Source: Candidatus Saccharimonadales bacterium
GTDB lineage: Bacteria; Patescibacteriota; Saccharimonadia; Saccharimonadales; OMJO01
NCBI GenBank assembly: GCA_035480035.1
Contig: DATIID010000001.1
Location: forward strand, 9,323 to 73,322
DNA length: 64,000 nt
Reading direction: 5' to 3'
The notes beneath the pieces are model-generated. The model saw only the letters and a list, made by a program, of their open reading frames with translations. It did not search any database and was not told the DNA's origin. Positions 45,925 through 56,982 of the stretch are shown here, one piece after another. The stretch's first letter is position 1. Each line of letters starts with the position of its first letter. A program made the position numbers and the translations under genes.

Positions 45925-46694
45925 TGAAGGTCGTTCCAACCAAATTCAAACCGGCGTCGGGTTTTTCGCATTTTTTCCACCTGGGTTACTTATTGTTAAT
46001 CCCAGCCCTGGTTTATATTTTAATCCGTACTCAAACTGAATTTGTCTGGGTAGCTTTCGCGCTGGTTTTGCTCAGTAAGTGGCGAATGTTTGCTGTCCGA
46101 CCACGCTATTGGCCAGCTAACATTCGGGCTAATGCCATTGATATTTTAGTCAGTATATCGCTAGTTATTTTCATGATTTACACCGACTCACCTGGCTGGC
46201 AATTTATTTGGGCGGTGATGTTAGCCCTGTGGTTCGTCTTTTTAAAGCCTGGCTCCTCAACACTCAAAGTATCACTCCAAGCCTTTGTCGGCCAAAGCCT
46301 GGCTTTAATTAGCTTCTTCATGGCCTGGAAGGCGGCACCGATTGCTGGTTTGGTACTTGGTGGTTGGCTAATTTGTTATTTGGCGGCTCGTCACTTTTTA
46401 ACCAGTTTTGAGGAACCGCATGCGGCGCTCTATGCCAATTACTGGGGCTATTTTGCGGCGTCGATAATGTGGATAATGGGACACTGGCTACGATTTTACC
46501 CGAATGCGCGGGTTGGCTTGGTATCGATGCCGTCACTACTATTAACGGTCATTGGTTTTGGTATCGGCAGCCTTTATTATATGGAGGAAACTGACCAGCT
46601 GTCACTAACTGTCCGGCGCGAAGTAATTTTTATGATGATTGCCATTATCAGTGTGATATTAGTTTTCGCCGGCTGGGGTGATTTAACGACTTAA
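45924..46694 (+). CDS. polytopic membrane protein (unknown function), coupled to LCP gene
   Basis: 256 aa with ~7 hydrophobic helices. The ATG overlaps the LCP stop (TAATG). Confidence 0.5.
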   Translation: MKVVPTKFKPASGFSHFFHLGYLLLIPALVYILIRTQTEFVWVAFALVLLSKWRMFAVRPRYWPANIRANAIDILVSISLVIFMIYTDSPGWQFIWAVMLALWFVFLKPGSSTLKVSLQAFVGQSLALISFFMAWKAAPIAGLVLGGWLICYLAARHFLTSFEEPHAALYANYWGYFAASIMWIMGHWLRFYPNARVGLVSMPSLLLTVIGFGIGSLYYMEETDQLSLTVRREVIFMMIAIISVILVFAGWGDLTT

Positions 46695-46712
46695 TTTAAG
46701 CGGGGGATAGCG

Positions 46713-47918
46713 ATGGTGGAGGTCAGTCAAAACAATCCAGTGCGGCCAAATCAAACAGTCTATAAATCACTTAAAAAGTTAATTCTGACCTCAGCTATAT
46801 CGCTGTTAATCGTCAGTACCACTGCGGGGTTTTTGGGGGGTTGGTTGGCGGCTCGTAGTAGTGAGCAAAATGACTCGAATTCGATCAAGTCTAGCCAAAA
46901 AATAGTGTCTAGCGAGAGCCAACTAATTAGTCAAATCGCTAAGGATGTTGGACCTAGTGTGGTTTCAATTAACGTCACCAGCACCGCGCCTCAGACCGAT
47001 AGCGTTTTTGGTTTTACCCAACAGGTTCAGCAAGAAAGTGCTGGCACCGGCCTTATTATTAGTGAAAGCGGCATTGTTTTGACTAATCGCCATGTCGTAC
47101 CAGCCGGTACAACCGACGTGAGCGTGACACTATCCGATGGCACAGAACTAAATAACGTCGAAGTTATCGGTCGCACCAGTGCCACCGACCCGCTCGATGT
47201 GGCCTATTTAAAGATTAAAGACACTAAGGGTAAAGTTCTAAAAGCTGCCAAATTAGGCGATTCCAGTAAGGTCCAGGTTGGTGACAAAGTCATTGCTATC
47301 GGTAACGCCCTTGGTCAATTCCAAAACACGGTTACTTCTGGAATAATTTCAGGCTTTGGTCGCAACCTTCGGGCCAGTGATAGTAACGGTAACAGCAGTG
47401 AAACTTTACAAAACCTCTTCCAGACCGACGCCGCCATCAATGAAGGCAACTCGGGTGGCCCACTAGTTAATCTGAACGGTGAAGTAATCGGACTTAACAC
47501 GGCGTTAGCTGGAGCGGCTCAGAACATTGGTTTTGCACTACCAATTAACGATATCCAAGGTCTTAACAAAAGCGTGTTAGAGCAGGGCAAACTACTGCGG
47601 CCATACCTTGGCGTGCATTATATTTCGATTACTGACGATGTCGCTTACCAACTCAACTTATCGGTCAAACGTGGGGCTTATATTGCACCATCATCCGGTG
47701 GCGTGGCCTCAATTATCAGCGGCAGCCCAGCTCAAAAAGCCGGTTTGCAGGAGAAAGATATCATTACTAAAGTTGATGGCGTGGCAGTAGATCAAACCAA
47801 TAGTTTGACCTCACTTCTGGGTCAGAAATCAGTCAACGACACTGTTATTTTGACCGTCTTGCGCAGTGGTAAAACCATATCAGTTATGATTAAGCTGGAA
47901 GCCGCACCGACTGGCTAA
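46713..47918 (+). CDS. HtrA/DegP-like S1C serine protease with PDZ domain
   Basis: TM anchor, then TNRHVV (His), D-containing loop, GNSGGPLVN (Ser) and a C-terminal PDZ (GSPAQKAGLQEKDIITKVDG). Confidence 0.85.
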   Translation: MVEVSQNNPVRPNQTVYKSLKKLILTSAISLLIVSTTAGFLGGWLAARSSEQNDSNSIKSSQKIVSSESQLISQIAKDVGPSVVSINVTSTAPQTDSVFGFTQQVQQESAGTGLIISESGIVLTNRHVVPAGTTDVSVTLSDGTELNNVEVIGRTSATDPLDVAYLKIKDTKGKVLKAAKLGDSSKVQVGDKVIAIGNALGQFQNTVTSGIISGFGRNLRASDSNGNSSETLQNLFQTDAAINEGNSGGPLVNLNGEVIGLNTALAGAAQNIGFALPINDIQGLNKSVLEQGKLLRPYLGVHYISITDDVAYQLNLSVKRGAYIAPSSGGVASIISGSPAQKAGLQEKDIITKVDGVAVDQTNSLTSLLGQKSVNDTVILTVLRSGKTISVMIKLEAAPTG

Positions 47919-48712
47919 ATAGTTTTTGACAAGACTTGAATAAAATCTTCTTCCAATTTTTGAATAAAGCCATGCCGTTTAGCAATTTGAGCAAGTTTTT
48001 GATGCTGTGGTGGCAACGATTCGGTTAAAATATAACTCGGTTTTTGATGGATTTGAGCGAACATTTGTCGATAAATGTCCAACCCATCTGGTCCACCGAA
48101 AATAGCAATATTTGGCTCATGTCTGGCCGCCTGGTTGATAGTATGATTGTTTGGTACATAGGGGAGATTGGCTAAGATAATATTGACCATAGGCAAGGGT
48201 TTTAATAAATCACCCTGGTAAAACTCCACCTTAGCCTGTAAGAGTCTGGCATTTCGCTTAGCCACAACCAAGCAGTCTTTATCAATGTCACCAGCTACAA
48301 CTTTAACTTTAGGAAATTCTAATTTGACAGTAATAGCTAAAGCGCCCGAGCCAGTACCGATATCAGCAATTGTTTGGTTACCTAGCTTTAGTTTTTTAAG
48401 GAGTTCAATCATAGTTTCGCTTTCCGGTCTGGGCTCTAAAACGCGGTGATCAATACAAAATTCGCGGCCATAAAATTCAGTTTTACCTCGAATGTAGGCT
48501 AGCGGCTCATGCTTGACCCGGCGAATAATTTGTCGATTTAACTTCTTTAAGGTTGGTTCTGATAATTCAATATCACTGTGAGCTAATAGGTATGCTCGAT
48601 CTTTATCTAAGACATCCTCAAGCAGCACCAAACAATCTAACCTTGCCGTGCCAATGCCGGCTTTTTCTAATTTTTTGGTGGCTTCAGCCAGCCATGTTTC
48701 AGCTTGCATCAC
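47915..48712 (-). CDS. prmC: release factor glutamine N5-methyltransferase PrmC/HemK
   Basis: SAM motif [10 protein letters not shown] and the NLPYV (NPPY-type) motif. Overlaps the end of prfA. Confidence 0.85.
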   Translation of the reverse strand: MMQAETWLAEATKKLEKAGIGTARLDCLVLLEDVLDKDRAYLLAHSDIELSEPTLKKLNRQIIRRVKHEPLAYIRGKTEFYGREFCIDHRVLEPRPESETMIELLKKLKLGNQTIADIGTGSGALAITVKLEFPKVKVVAGDIDKDCLVVAKRNARLLQAKVEFYQGDLLKPLPMVNIILANLPYVPNNHTINQAARHEPNIAIFGGPDGLDIYRQMFAQIHQKPSYILTESLPPQHQKLAQIAKRHGFIQKLEEDFIQVLSKTI

Positions 48713-49754
48713 TCATTAATTCATGTTCAACGGCTTGGAGTCTTTCGACCAAATCGTCGATATCGCCATTCATGGCGCCAACAATATTACTGCGGCTGTA
48801 ACCGATACGATGATCGGTAATCCGGTCCTGTGGAAAATTATAGGTCCTGATTTTTTCACTGCGATCGCCAGAACCGATTAGTTTTTTACGGGCGTCCGAT
48901 AGTTGCTTCTGTTCCTCTTCAATTTTGATTTGCAGCAGGCGAGAGCGCAAAACACTCATGGCCTTAGCTTTATTCTTGATCTGGCTTTTTTCGTCTTGTT
49001 GGGTGACAACCAAGCCAGTTGGCAAGTGAGTAATTCGCACCGCCGAATCAGTGGTATTAACGCTTTGGCCACCATGGCCACTGCTACGATAAACATCAAT
49101 TCTCAGATCTGAGGGGTTAATTTCGATGTCGGTTTCTTCGGCTTCCGGTAGCACCGCCACAGTAACTGTCGAGGTGTGGACGCGGCCTTGGCTCTCAGTG
49201 ACCGGTACACGTTGGACACGGTGCACACCAGCTTCGAATTTGAGATTTTTATATGCCTCGTTGCCGCGAACGGCAAAGACAATTTCTTTAAAACCACCAG
49301 CTTCGCTGGCATTTTCGCTAATTAATTCAATTTTATAATTATGAGTTTCCGCCCAGCGGCTGTACATTCTGAACAATTCGCCAGCAAATAAACTAGACTC
49401 ATCGCCGCCAGCGGCAGCCCGGATTTCGATAATCACATCCCGGTCATTGTTGGAATCTTGTGGCGTTAATAAATCAGTAATTAAGGGGCCAAGGGCGTCC
49501 AATTTTTGATTGACATCAGCCAACTCTGTTTGTGCCAGCTCAGCCATTTCGTCATTGCCACCACTTAGCTCTTGAGCTTCGGCTTTGTGCCGCTGCAGTT
49601 CGTCTTTTTGATCAAACAAATCGATAATTTTTTCCAGCTCTGCCTGGCGTTTGGCTAGTTTTGGATAACTTGGGGCACTAAAAATAGACGGATCTTGCAA
49701 CTTGTTTTGCAGTTCCTCATATTCTTCACGTAATTGTTTTTCCTTTTGCTCCAT
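48699..49754 (-). CDS. prfA: peptide chain release factor 1
   Basis: GGQ motif ([11 protein letters not shown]), a PVT tripeptide (RF1-type PxT) and an uninterrupted frame. Confidence 0.95.
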   Translation of the reverse strand: MEQKEKQLREEYEELQNKLQDPSIFSAPSYPKLAKRQAELEKIIDLFDQKDELQRHKAEAQELSGGNDEMAELAQTELADVNQKLDALGPLITDLLTPQDSNNDRDVIIEIRAAAGGDESSLFAGELFRMYSRWAETHNYKIELISENASEAGGFKEIVFAVRGNEAYKNLKFEAGVHRVQRVPVTESQGRVHTSTVTVAVLPEAEETDIEINPSDLRIDVYRSSGHGGQSVNTTDSAVRITHLPTGLVVTQQDEKSQIKNKAKAMSVLRSRLLQIKIEEEQKQLSDARKKLIGSGDRSEKIRTYNFPQDRITDHRIGYSRSNIVGAMNGDIDDLVERLQAVEHELMSDAS

Positions 49755-49827
49755 CCTTATCCTTAAATTAATTATATGTAAAAAGCCGCCAACTATCTAA
49801 TACGTGACGGTAAAACTACTAAATTAG

Positions 49828-50181
49828 CTAACGACGGCCCGGCTTGAGGCTGCCGATTTTCTGGGTTTCGTCGATTTTCGGAGCTTTGGCGCGGACCTTG
49901 GTCGCTTTTTTCTTCTGCGCATCGGCGCGGACTTTAGCGGCTTCCTGGCGAGCTTTGAATTTATCAACCCGGCCTTCAACATCAACAAGTTTTTCTTGGC
50001 CGGTAAAGAAGGGGTGAGAGGCACTAGAAATGTGAACTTTGACAATCGGATATTCATTACCGTCTTCCCATTTGGTGGTTTCTTCGGTAGCGGCGGTTGA
50101 ACGTGTCAAAAAGCGAACCCCATTATTGAGATCCTCAAACACGACTGGACGATAATTATCTGGGTGAATTCCCGTTTTCAT
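49828..50181 (-). CDS. rpmE: 50S ribosomal protein L31, type B, with Lys-rich C-terminal extension
   Basis: [17 protein letters not shown]... with no CxxC zinc motif. The extra ~35-aa K/A-rich tail makes it 117 aa in total. Confidence 0.9.
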   Translation of the reverse strand: MKTGIHPDNYRPVVFEDLNNGVRFLTRSTAATEETTKWEDGNEYPIVKVHISSASHPFFTGQEKLVDVEGRVDKFKARQEAAKVRADAQKKKATKVRAKAPKIDETQKIGSLKPGRR

Positions 50182-50236
50182 GACTGGAGCAGTATATCAA
50201 TCTGTTGCTCAGAGGTCAATACGTAATTGCTCGTGC

Positions 50237-50265
50237 TTGCATAGTGCATGGTTTTAAACTATAAA
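50237..50265 (+). promoter_or_regulatory. sigma70-type promoter TTGCAT-N17-TATAAA, 8 nt upstream of ATG 50274
   Basis: -35 at 50237-50242 and -10 at 50260-50265. There is no SD, so this is a candidate leaderless start. Confidence 0.4.
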
Positions 50266-50273
50266 CTTTGCTC

Positions 50274-50990
50274 ATGAACAGCGTTAATTTTGTAATCGAT
50301 AATTTGGGTGAGACCGATCAAATGGTGGTAGCTCGTATCCCCAGCACCATGTGGCTACGCAACCATTCGAACAATAACGAATGGTTTCAACAGGTCCAAC
50401 AAGCTAAAGAAGCCAAATGTATGACTGTTGATGAACTTCTGGACAATGATGCTGAGCTTGGTTTTAATTTTGAAAAAGTTGGCAAACGTCGAAACCCCAA
50501 TAACTACCAAGATGACTTAACCTTAACATCTAGTATTGCCAGAGGGATATTTTATCTAGCAAAAGATGAAGAAACCGACGAGCGCCTCAACATAACAACC
50601 ATGGGTGAAGTGCTAGGTGATGGCATGACCAGAAGCATGCAAGTAGATTTAAAGATGCCGGACTGGGACAATGAAAAATTATCTGATAACGTGCTGTCCG
50701 GATTAGTTGCGATGGCTATGCGGCGAACAGCTAGGCAATTGAAGTATGGCGTAGTAGATAAAAGGTCGTATGTAGATAGTATGGTTTATGGCTCAGTCCG
50801 ACGTGAAAGGGGCATAACACTTGAAACTAACCCCGTCGGCTCATGCAGTCTGGATACTGATGGCTCTGAGTTTGAATCTAGTGATGAACGACTTAATCTT
50901 TATGGCCATAATTTATATAGTCATGAACAACAACTGATTTGCTTTACGGGCGCAGTGGCACTGGCCTATGCCGATAAGCTTGTAAGATAG
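50274..50990 (+). CDS. hypothetical protein
   Basis: The ORF-track start is TTG 50268; ATG 50274 is preferred. 238 aa, no family recognised. Confidence 0.45.
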   Translation: MNSVNFVIDNLGETDQMVVARIPSTMWLRNHSNNNEWFQQVQQAKEAKCMTVDELLDNDAELGFNFEKVGKRRNPNNYQDDLTLTSSIARGIFYLAKDEETDERLNITTMGEVLGDGMTRSMQVDLKMPDWDNEKLSDNVLSGLVAMAMRRTARQLKYGVVDKRSYVDSMVYGSVRRERGITLETNPVGSCSLDTDGSEFESSDERLNLYGHNLYSHEQQLICFTGAVALAYADKLVR

Positions 50991-51104
50991 AGTCTAATCT
51001 GTTAAACTGACTAAGTAACAAATTAAGCAGGTTGGGGTAGTTTCCTCTGTAGCGTCACTCATGTAGAGCCGCTGTGGTACCCAATCGAAGATAAAGGAGA
51101 ACGC

Positions 51105-51899
51105 ATGGCATCAACTGACGTTGATATTAAGAAATTATTGGAGGCCGGTGCGCATTTTGGCCACAAAACCAGTCGCTGGCACCCTAAAATGGCGCCGTAC
51201 ATTCACTCTAAGCGTGACGGCAACCACATTATCGATCTAACCAAAACTGTTGAGGAACTGGAAAAGGCCCTGGACTTTTTAGAGCAAACCGCTAGTGAAG
51301 GTAAGCAAATTTTACTAGTTGGCACTAAACGCCAGGCCAAAGACATTATCAAAGAAGTTGCTCTAGCTACTAATATGCCTTATGTCACTGAGCGTTGGCT
51401 AGGCGGCATGATGACCAATCGCAATACCATCGGCGGCCGAGTTAAATATCTCAAAGATCTAGAAAACCGTATGGAAACCGGCCAATTAGCCAACAAGTAC
51501 AACAAGCTGGAGGTTCAGCGCTACCAAGAAGAAATTGATGAAATGAATCACCTATACGGTGGCATCAAAGAAATGTCGAGCAAAGTTGGCGCGGTGTTCG
51601 TGGTTGATATTTTGCACGATGGTAATGCGGTGCGCGAAGCTATCAAACTGAAAATCCCGGTGGTGGCTTTGGTTGATACCAACACCGATCCATCAATTAT
51701 CAGATATCCGATTCCAGCTAACGATGACGCTATTAAAACCATTCAGTTGATAGCTAGTTACGTCCAAGCTGCCATAGCGGCTGGCAAAGGCAAAGCTGCT
51801 AAAAAAGTCGAAAAGTCTGCTCCCGATAAAGATGAGAAACCAGATGTCAAATCGGAAGCTAAAAAACCAGCTCAAACTGCCGGCAAGGAGGACAAATAA
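51105..51899 (+). CDS. rpsB: 30S ribosomal protein S2
   Basis: LLEAGAHFGHKTSRWHPKMAPYI is the canonical S2 N-terminus. SD is AAAGGAG. Confidence 0.95.
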   Translation: MASTDVDIKKLLEAGAHFGHKTSRWHPKMAPYIHSKRDGNHIIDLTKTVEELEKALDFLEQTASEGKQILLVGTKRQAKDIIKEVALATNMPYVTERWLGGMMTNRNTIGGRVKYLKDLENRMETGQLANKYNKLEVQRYQEEIDEMNHLYGGIKEMSSKVGAVFVVDILHDGNAVREAIKLKIPVVALVDTNTDPSIIRYPIPANDDAIKTIQLIASYVQAAIAAGKGKAAKKVEKSAPDKDEKPDVKSEAKKPAQTAGKEDK

Positions 51900-52496
51900 A
51901 TGTCTGTTAACATTGAAGAAATTAAACGCTTAAAAAACTTAACTGGTGTTGGTCTGACCGATGCTAAACATGCACTGGAAGAAGCTAAAGGCGATTTCGA
52001 CAAAGCCCTTGAAGCAATGCGCAAAAAGGGCCTGACCAAGGCCGAAAAACGTGGTGAACGCGAAGCCCGAGCTGGGTTAGTTGGCAATTATAATCATGAC
52101 GGTCGGATTGGCGTACTTGTAGAAGTCAACTGCGAAACCGACTTTGTGGCCAAAACTGATGAATTCAAAGATTTAGTGAAAGACCTAGCCATGCACATTG
52201 CTGCCAGCAATCCGCAGTACGTTAGTGTTGATGAAGTACCCAAGGCCGAACGTGACAAAGTGACTAAAGAATTTAGTGAAAAAGCCAAAGCTGAAGGCAA
52301 GCCCGCTAACATAATCAACAATATCGTTGACGGCATGCTTAAGAAACACTTCGCTGAGAAGTGTCTCATGGACCAACCGTTTGTCAAAAACCCCGATCAA
52401 ACTGTCGGTGATTTAGTTAAGGAACATATTGCCAAGCTCGGCGAAAACATTGTTGTCCGCCGCTTTAATCGCATGGCGCTTGGTGAGATTTCCTAG
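51900..52496 (+). CDS. tsf: elongation factor Ts (short form)
   Basis: IKRLKNLTGVGLTDAKHALEEAKGDFDKALEAMRKKG (UBA-like N-terminus) and VEVNCETDFVAK. Confidence 0.9.
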   Translation: MSVNIEEIKRLKNLTGVGLTDAKHALEEAKGDFDKALEAMRKKGLTKAEKRGEREARAGLVGNYNHDGRIGVLVEVNCETDFVAKTDEFKDLVKDLAMHIAASNPQYVSVDEVPKAERDKVTKEFSEKAKAEGKPANIINNIVDGMLKKHFAEKCLMDQPFVKNPDQTVGDLVKEHIAKLGENIVVRRFNRMALGEIS

Positions 52497-52508
52497 TAAA
52501 CTTAAACC

Positions 52509-53072
52509 ATGAGTCCTAGTCTGATTGCCGATCAAGCAAAGTTGAAACTTGACCAAGCGGTCGCTCATTTTCACGAAGAACTTAAAAAACTACGGACTGG
52601 TCGTGCCCATCCGAGCATGTTAGATGGCGTCATAGTCGAAGCTTATGGCACCCAAATGCCGATTAATCAAACGGCCACAATTACCGCACCCGAACCACAA
52701 CTTATTCAAATTAGTCCGTTTGACCCCAATAATCTACAAGCGATTGCGTCAGCCATTCGGGACAACCAATCACTTGGCCTGAACCCAATGGATGACGGTC
52801 GGGTAGTTCGAGTCCAAATCCCGCCACTCAACGAAGAGCGACGCAAAGAAATTACCAAGCAAGTTGGTGTTAAGCTGGAAGATTGTAAGATTGCGGCTCG
52901 GAATATACGACACGAAGCTCTCAAAGACGCTGACCAAGCCAAGCAGAGCAAGCAATTAACTGAAGATGATCTAAGCTCGATTAAGAAACAACTGGATGAG
53001 TTAATGGATAAAGCCAAAGCCGAAGTGGACGCTGCTGCTAAGACTAAAGAACAGGAAATACTTACTGTCTAG
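52509..53072 (+). CDS. frr: ribosome recycling factor
   Basis: LRTGRAHPSMLDGV...NLQAIASAIRDNQSLGLNPMDDG...IPPLNEERRKE is canonical. Confidence 0.95.
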   Translation: MSPSLIADQAKLKLDQAVAHFHEELKKLRTGRAHPSMLDGVIVEAYGTQMPINQTATITAPEPQLIQISPFDPNNLQAIASAIRDNQSLGLNPMDDGRVVRVQIPPLNEERRKEITKQVGVKLEDCKIAARNIRHEALKDADQAKQSKQLTEDDLSSIKKQLDELMDKAKAEVDAAAKTKEQEILTV

Positions 53073-53080
53073 GAGGTAAG

Positions 53081-54109
53081 ATGTCCGAAATTATGACTGG
53101 CGGTGGGCTAACACCAGAACAAGCTGCCAAGGTCTTTGTAGCTAGCGGCAGCATTAATCCAGAGCTAGCCCAGGACACAGTTGACAGTATTGGTCTTAAA
53201 CTAGGCGAAACCAATCTAGAACAATTCCCCGACGGTGAATTTCATCCGCGCTACAAAGAGTCGGTGCGCGGCAAACATGTTTTTGTGATGCAGTCGCATG
53301 GTCGTCGTAACGGCTTATCAGTAAATGATGCCATTGTTGAGCAGGAATTAATGATTGATGCCGCACTCAGAGCTTCGGCTTCTCAAATTACTGCCGTTAA
53401 CCCTTATTTTGCCTATATGCGTGGTGATAAAAAGCAAGAGGGCCGAGAACCGATACCATCGGCTTACATGATTGGGAAATTGCAGAATGCCGGAGCCAAT
53501 CGAATTGTGGCTGTGGACTTACATTCCGGTCAAAGCCAAGGACATTTCCATGGACCGTTTGACCCTTTACTCGCTCATCCAGTCATTATATCGGCGCTTA
53601 GAGATGTTATGGAACCTGGCCAGGAAGAAAACTATTTGATGGTGTCACCCGACGAAGGTCGACTTAGAGTCGCTACCATTCAGGCGGAAGAACTTGGTAT
53701 TGACGTGGCCTTTATTCCAAAAAAACGTAAATCAGGTGACTCGGTCACGCGGACCAAAACAAACTTGGAAGAAGCTGATGGACGCGATTGTTTTCTGGTT
53801 GACGATATTATTGCTACTGGCGGAACGGTTATTTCAGCAGTAGAAATGCTGAAAAAAGCTGGTGCCAAAGACGTTTATGTAGCTGCGACGCATGGAACAC
53901 TACCGGGCAATGCCTTGGAAAACCTAAGTCAATCTGAAGTCAAACAATTTATTATGACTGACACTCTACCGATGCATGAAGCCAAAGAAGCTTTGGGCGA
54001 TAGATTAAAAGTAGTGTCGATGGCACCATTAATAGGTCAGGCAATTGTTGAAATTGTCAGTGACGGCTCAGTTTCAAAGTTATTTGGTGGATTAAACAAT
54101 AGTTATTAA
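53081..54109 (+). CDS. prs: ribose-phosphate pyrophosphokinase
   Basis: DLHSGQSQGHF and the PRPP-binding loop VDDIIATGGT. Confidence 0.9.
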   Translation: MSEIMTGGGLTPEQAAKVFVASGSINPELAQDTVDSIGLKLGETNLEQFPDGEFHPRYKESVRGKHVFVMQSHGRRNGLSVNDAIVEQELMIDAALRASASQITAVNPYFAYMRGDKKQEGREPIPSAYMIGKLQNAGANRIVAVDLHSGQSQGHFHGPFDPLLAHPVIISALRDVMEPGQEENYLMVSPDEGRLRVATIQAEELGIDVAFIPKKRKSGDSVTRTKTNLEEADGRDCFLVDDIIATGGTVISAVEMLKKAGAKDVYVAATHGTLPGNALENLSQSEVKQFIMTDTLPMHEAKEALGDRLKVVSMAPLIGQAIVEIVSDGSVSKLFGGLNNSY

Positions 54110-54171
54110 TTCCGACCTCAAGGACTACTCATAAATTGACTAACTAAATATAGGGTATAATTTAAGTCTAC

Positions 54172-54861
54172 ATGACTAAAAAAAGCATTGTTCCTAGTCA
54201 CATTGGTCTAATTCTCGATGGCAATCGGCGCTGGGCCCGCTCGCATGACCTGCCAACACTAGAAGGCCATCGTCAAGGCTACGACAACCTCAAAGATATC
54301 GTTAAAGCTGCAATTAATCGTAATGTGAAATTCGTGTCGGCCTACATTTTTTCAATTGAGAATTGGAACCGTACACCGAAAGAAATTAAATATTTGATGG
54401 ACCTGGCACATAAAATGCTGACGCGTGATGTGCGTGAATTGAACAAAGAAAATATTCGAGTTTTGTGGCTTGGCAGTCGAGGAAAGGTGAGTTCAAAGCT
54501 TCAAAAAGCGATTGAAGACGCCGAAATGAGCACTCAAAATAACAGCCGCGGTACCTTAGGCTTGTGCTTTAACTATGGTGGCCAGCAAGAATTATTTGAC
54601 GCTACTCAAAAACTGATTGATAAAGGTGTTAAAAAGGTAACTCAATCTAATTTTGAAAATGCTTTGTATCAGCCTGAAATACCACCAATCGATTTACTTA
54701 TCCGTACCTCCGGCGAGCAACGGACTAGTGGCTTTATGCTTTATCGTGCAGCTTATGCTGAACTTTATTTCTTGGACAAGCATTGGCCAGATTTTGACGA
54801 ACACGATCTCGACACAGCTCTCAAAGAATACGCTTCACGACAGCGACGGTTCGGTGAGTAA
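54172..54861 (+). CDS. uppS: undecaprenyl diphosphate synthase (cis-prenyltransferase)
   Basis: HIGLILDGNRRWA, FSIENWNR, and IRTSGEQRTSGFMLYRAAYAELYF. Confidence 0.9.
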   Translation: MTKKSIVPSHIGLILDGNRRWARSHDLPTLEGHRQGYDNLKDIVKAAINRNVKFVSAYIFSIENWNRTPKEIKYLMDLAHKMLTRDVRELNKENIRVLWLGSRGKVSSKLQKAIEDAEMSTQNNSRGTLGLCFNYGGQQELFDATQKLIDKGVKKVTQSNFENALYQPEIPPIDLLIRTSGEQRTSGFMLYRAAYAELYFLDKHWPDFDEHDLDTALKEYASRQRRFGE

Positions 54862-54898
54862 ACTTCAGCTGTTAACGGCTCGTGGTAATATTAATTAG

Positions 54899-56152
54899 AT
54901 GTCAATTTTGCTATTGATCGGAGGGTTAATCCTGTTTATTGGACTAGTAGTAGTCCACGAGTGGGGGCATTTTATTATGGCTCGGCGGAGTGGTGTCGAG
55001 GTGGAAGAATTTGCAATTGGTTTTCCACCACGAGCTAAGTTGCTAAAGCGAAAGAACGGTACGATTTACACCTTGAACTGGCTACCATTGGGCGGCTACG
55101 TCAAATTAAAAGGCGAGCACGATGCTGATACTACTACTGGTAGTTTTGGGGCGACCAGTCTAGCGAACAAAGTAAAAATCATGACGGCTGGTGTACTCAT
55201 GAATGTCATTGTGGCATTCCTACTACTGACGTTTTTGGCGCTGGTGGGGATGCCTAAGCTGGTTGACAATCAATTTACGGTGGCGCGGAACACCAAAATA
55301 ATAAATAGCCGTGTTTTTATAACTGATATCGAACCAAATTCACCAGCCGCCAAAGCCGGGCTAAAGCTTAGAGATAGAATTGACGCGATTTCAAAGACAG
55401 GACTTTGTTTAGGTGATAACTCAAACAATGATCCGTTTTGTACTTTGACTGAGCCAGCTGGTTTTAAACCGTTAGATTCTGTAAAAAGCTTACAAAAAGT
55501 AACTAAATCTCTGGGTGGCCAAAACGTAGGTATTTTAGTAAGTCGAGACAATAAGCTGATGATTGTATCGTCAGGATTGAGGTCTAAATCGGAGGTCGAT
55601 AGCTATAACCAAGCTCATCATTGCAATGATCAAAATTATTCGGGTGACCGTGCTTGTGAAGGCTATTTAGGCGTGGTTCCAACTGAGTATTCGCTTCAGC
55701 GCTCAACCTGGTCAGCACCGATTGTGGCGGCCGGGCTGATGAAACAGTTTACGGTATTGACCTTCAAAGGTTTGTGGTCAGCTATCAAAGGTTTGGGTTC
55801 AATCGTTGCTGGCTTGGTTACCAACAACCATGTGGCTCGGGAAAATGGCCAAACCGTGTCATCCCAGCAAGTAGCCGGCCCGGTCGGTATTTTTGTACTA
55901 CTTAAAGACGGCAGTATCTTAGGCTATCAATTTATCCTCATGATCATTGCGGTTATATCGTTGACGTTGGCGATTATGAACATTTTGCCAATTCCGGCAC
56001 TGGACGGCGGCCGGTTGTTCGTAACTCTACTTTTTCACGCTTTTAAGAAGCCATTAAAAGCTCGAACTGAAGATTTGATTCAAGGCGTTGGCTTTGCAGT
56101 ACTGTTAGTATTACTTGTCTTAGTCACGGTTGTTGACATACATCGGAGATGA
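54899..56152 (+). CDS. rseP: site-2 (M50) intramembrane zinc metalloprotease RseP
   Basis: HEWGHFIMAR (HExxH in TM1), a PDZ-like middle (SPAAKAGLKLRDRI), and NILPIPALDGG. Confidence 0.85.
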   Translation: MSILLLIGGLILFIGLVVVHEWGHFIMARRSGVEVEEFAIGFPPRAKLLKRKNGTIYTLNWLPLGGYVKLKGEHDADTTTGSFGATSLANKVKIMTAGVLMNVIVAFLLLTFLALVGMPKLVDNQFTVARNTKIINSRVFITDIEPNSPAAKAGLKLRDRIDAISKTGLCLGDNSNNDPFCTLTEPAGFKPLDSVKSLQKVTKSLGGQNVGILVSRDNKLMIVSSGLRSKSEVDSYNQAHHCNDQNYSGDRACEGYLGVVPTEYSLQRSTWSAPIVAAGLMKQFTVLTFKGLWSAIKGLGSIVAGLVTNNHVARENGQTVSSQQVAGPVGIFVLLKDGSILGYQFILMIIAVISLTLAIMNILPIPALDGGRLFVTLLFHAFKKPLKARTEDLIQGVGFAVLLVLLVLVTVVDIHRR

Positions 56153-56940
56153 CGGTGGGCGATACCAAAATAGCGGAAGCCACAGACAAAAACTCCAAAC
56201 CAAAACTAAGCTGGGGTCCGTTAACGGCAATTTGGTTTTCGATCTTTATCTATTTTGCCGCTCAATTTGCCGGTGCGTTAATTATGCTTGGTTACACCCA
56301 TGCCCAAGGTTGGAGTAAAGGCCGAACCACAGAGTGGCTAAACCATTCATCCTACGCTCAGTTTTTCTTTGTGCTACTGGTCGAAGCCATTACGCTACTG
56401 GGTCTATGGTGGTTTCTGAAAGGTCGACACGCCAAGCCAGCTGACATCGGCCTTAAACGACCTAAGTGGATTGACATTGCTTACGCCTTAACCGGTTTTG
56501 GCGTTTATTTTTTGATATTTATAGTGTCGCTGACTGCCTTAAAACACGTCTTTATTGGTTTGAATACCAATCAAAAACAGGATTTGGGGTTTAATACATC
56601 AGCCAGTGGCTTGGCGCTGGCGACAATTTTCGTGGCGTTAGTTATTTTGCCGCCACTTGTCGAAGAAATATTAGTGCGCGGTTTCTTATATACGGGTTTG
56701 CGTAGTAAATTGCCAGTTGTCGTAGCAGCTTTGATTACATCAGTTATGTTTGCGACAGCCCATTTACAGTTTGGCAGTGGCACACCCTTGCTTTGGTCGG
56801 CCGCCATCGATACCTTCACATTATCGTTAGTTCTTGTTTATTTACGCCAAAAAACCGATCGGTTATGGGCTTCAATCATGCTCCATATGCTAAAAAACGG
56901 GGTAGCGTTTGTCGGTTTATTTATTTTGCATCTTAATTGA
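56149..56940 (+). CDS. CPBP family intramembrane glutamic endopeptidase
   Basis: EEILVRGFLY (EExxxR motif) and FATAHL, with a later H (MLHMLKN). Overlaps the rseP stop (ATGA). Confidence 0.75.
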   Translation: MTVGDTKIAEATDKNSKPKLSWGPLTAIWFSIFIYFAAQFAGALIMLGYTHAQGWSKGRTTEWLNHSSYAQFFFVLLVEAITLLGLWWFLKGRHAKPADIGLKRPKWIDIAYALTGFGVYFLIFIVSLTALKHVFIGLNTNQKQDLGFNTSASGLALATIFVALVILPPLVEEILVRGFLYTGLRSKLPVVVAALITSVMFATAHLQFGSGTPLLWSAAIDTFTLSLVLVYLRQKTDRLWASIMLHMLKNGVAFVGLFILHLN

Positions 56941-56982
56941 TGGACGCGAAACGTGTAAGATAGAAGCTAAATAGGAGAAATT

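Noticed and set aside
49824-50057. 77-aa K/R-rich ORF overlapping rpmE.
   Set aside because: It is out of frame with the clearly recognisable L31 sequence. Its basic composition is a by-product of the Lys-rich tail codons.
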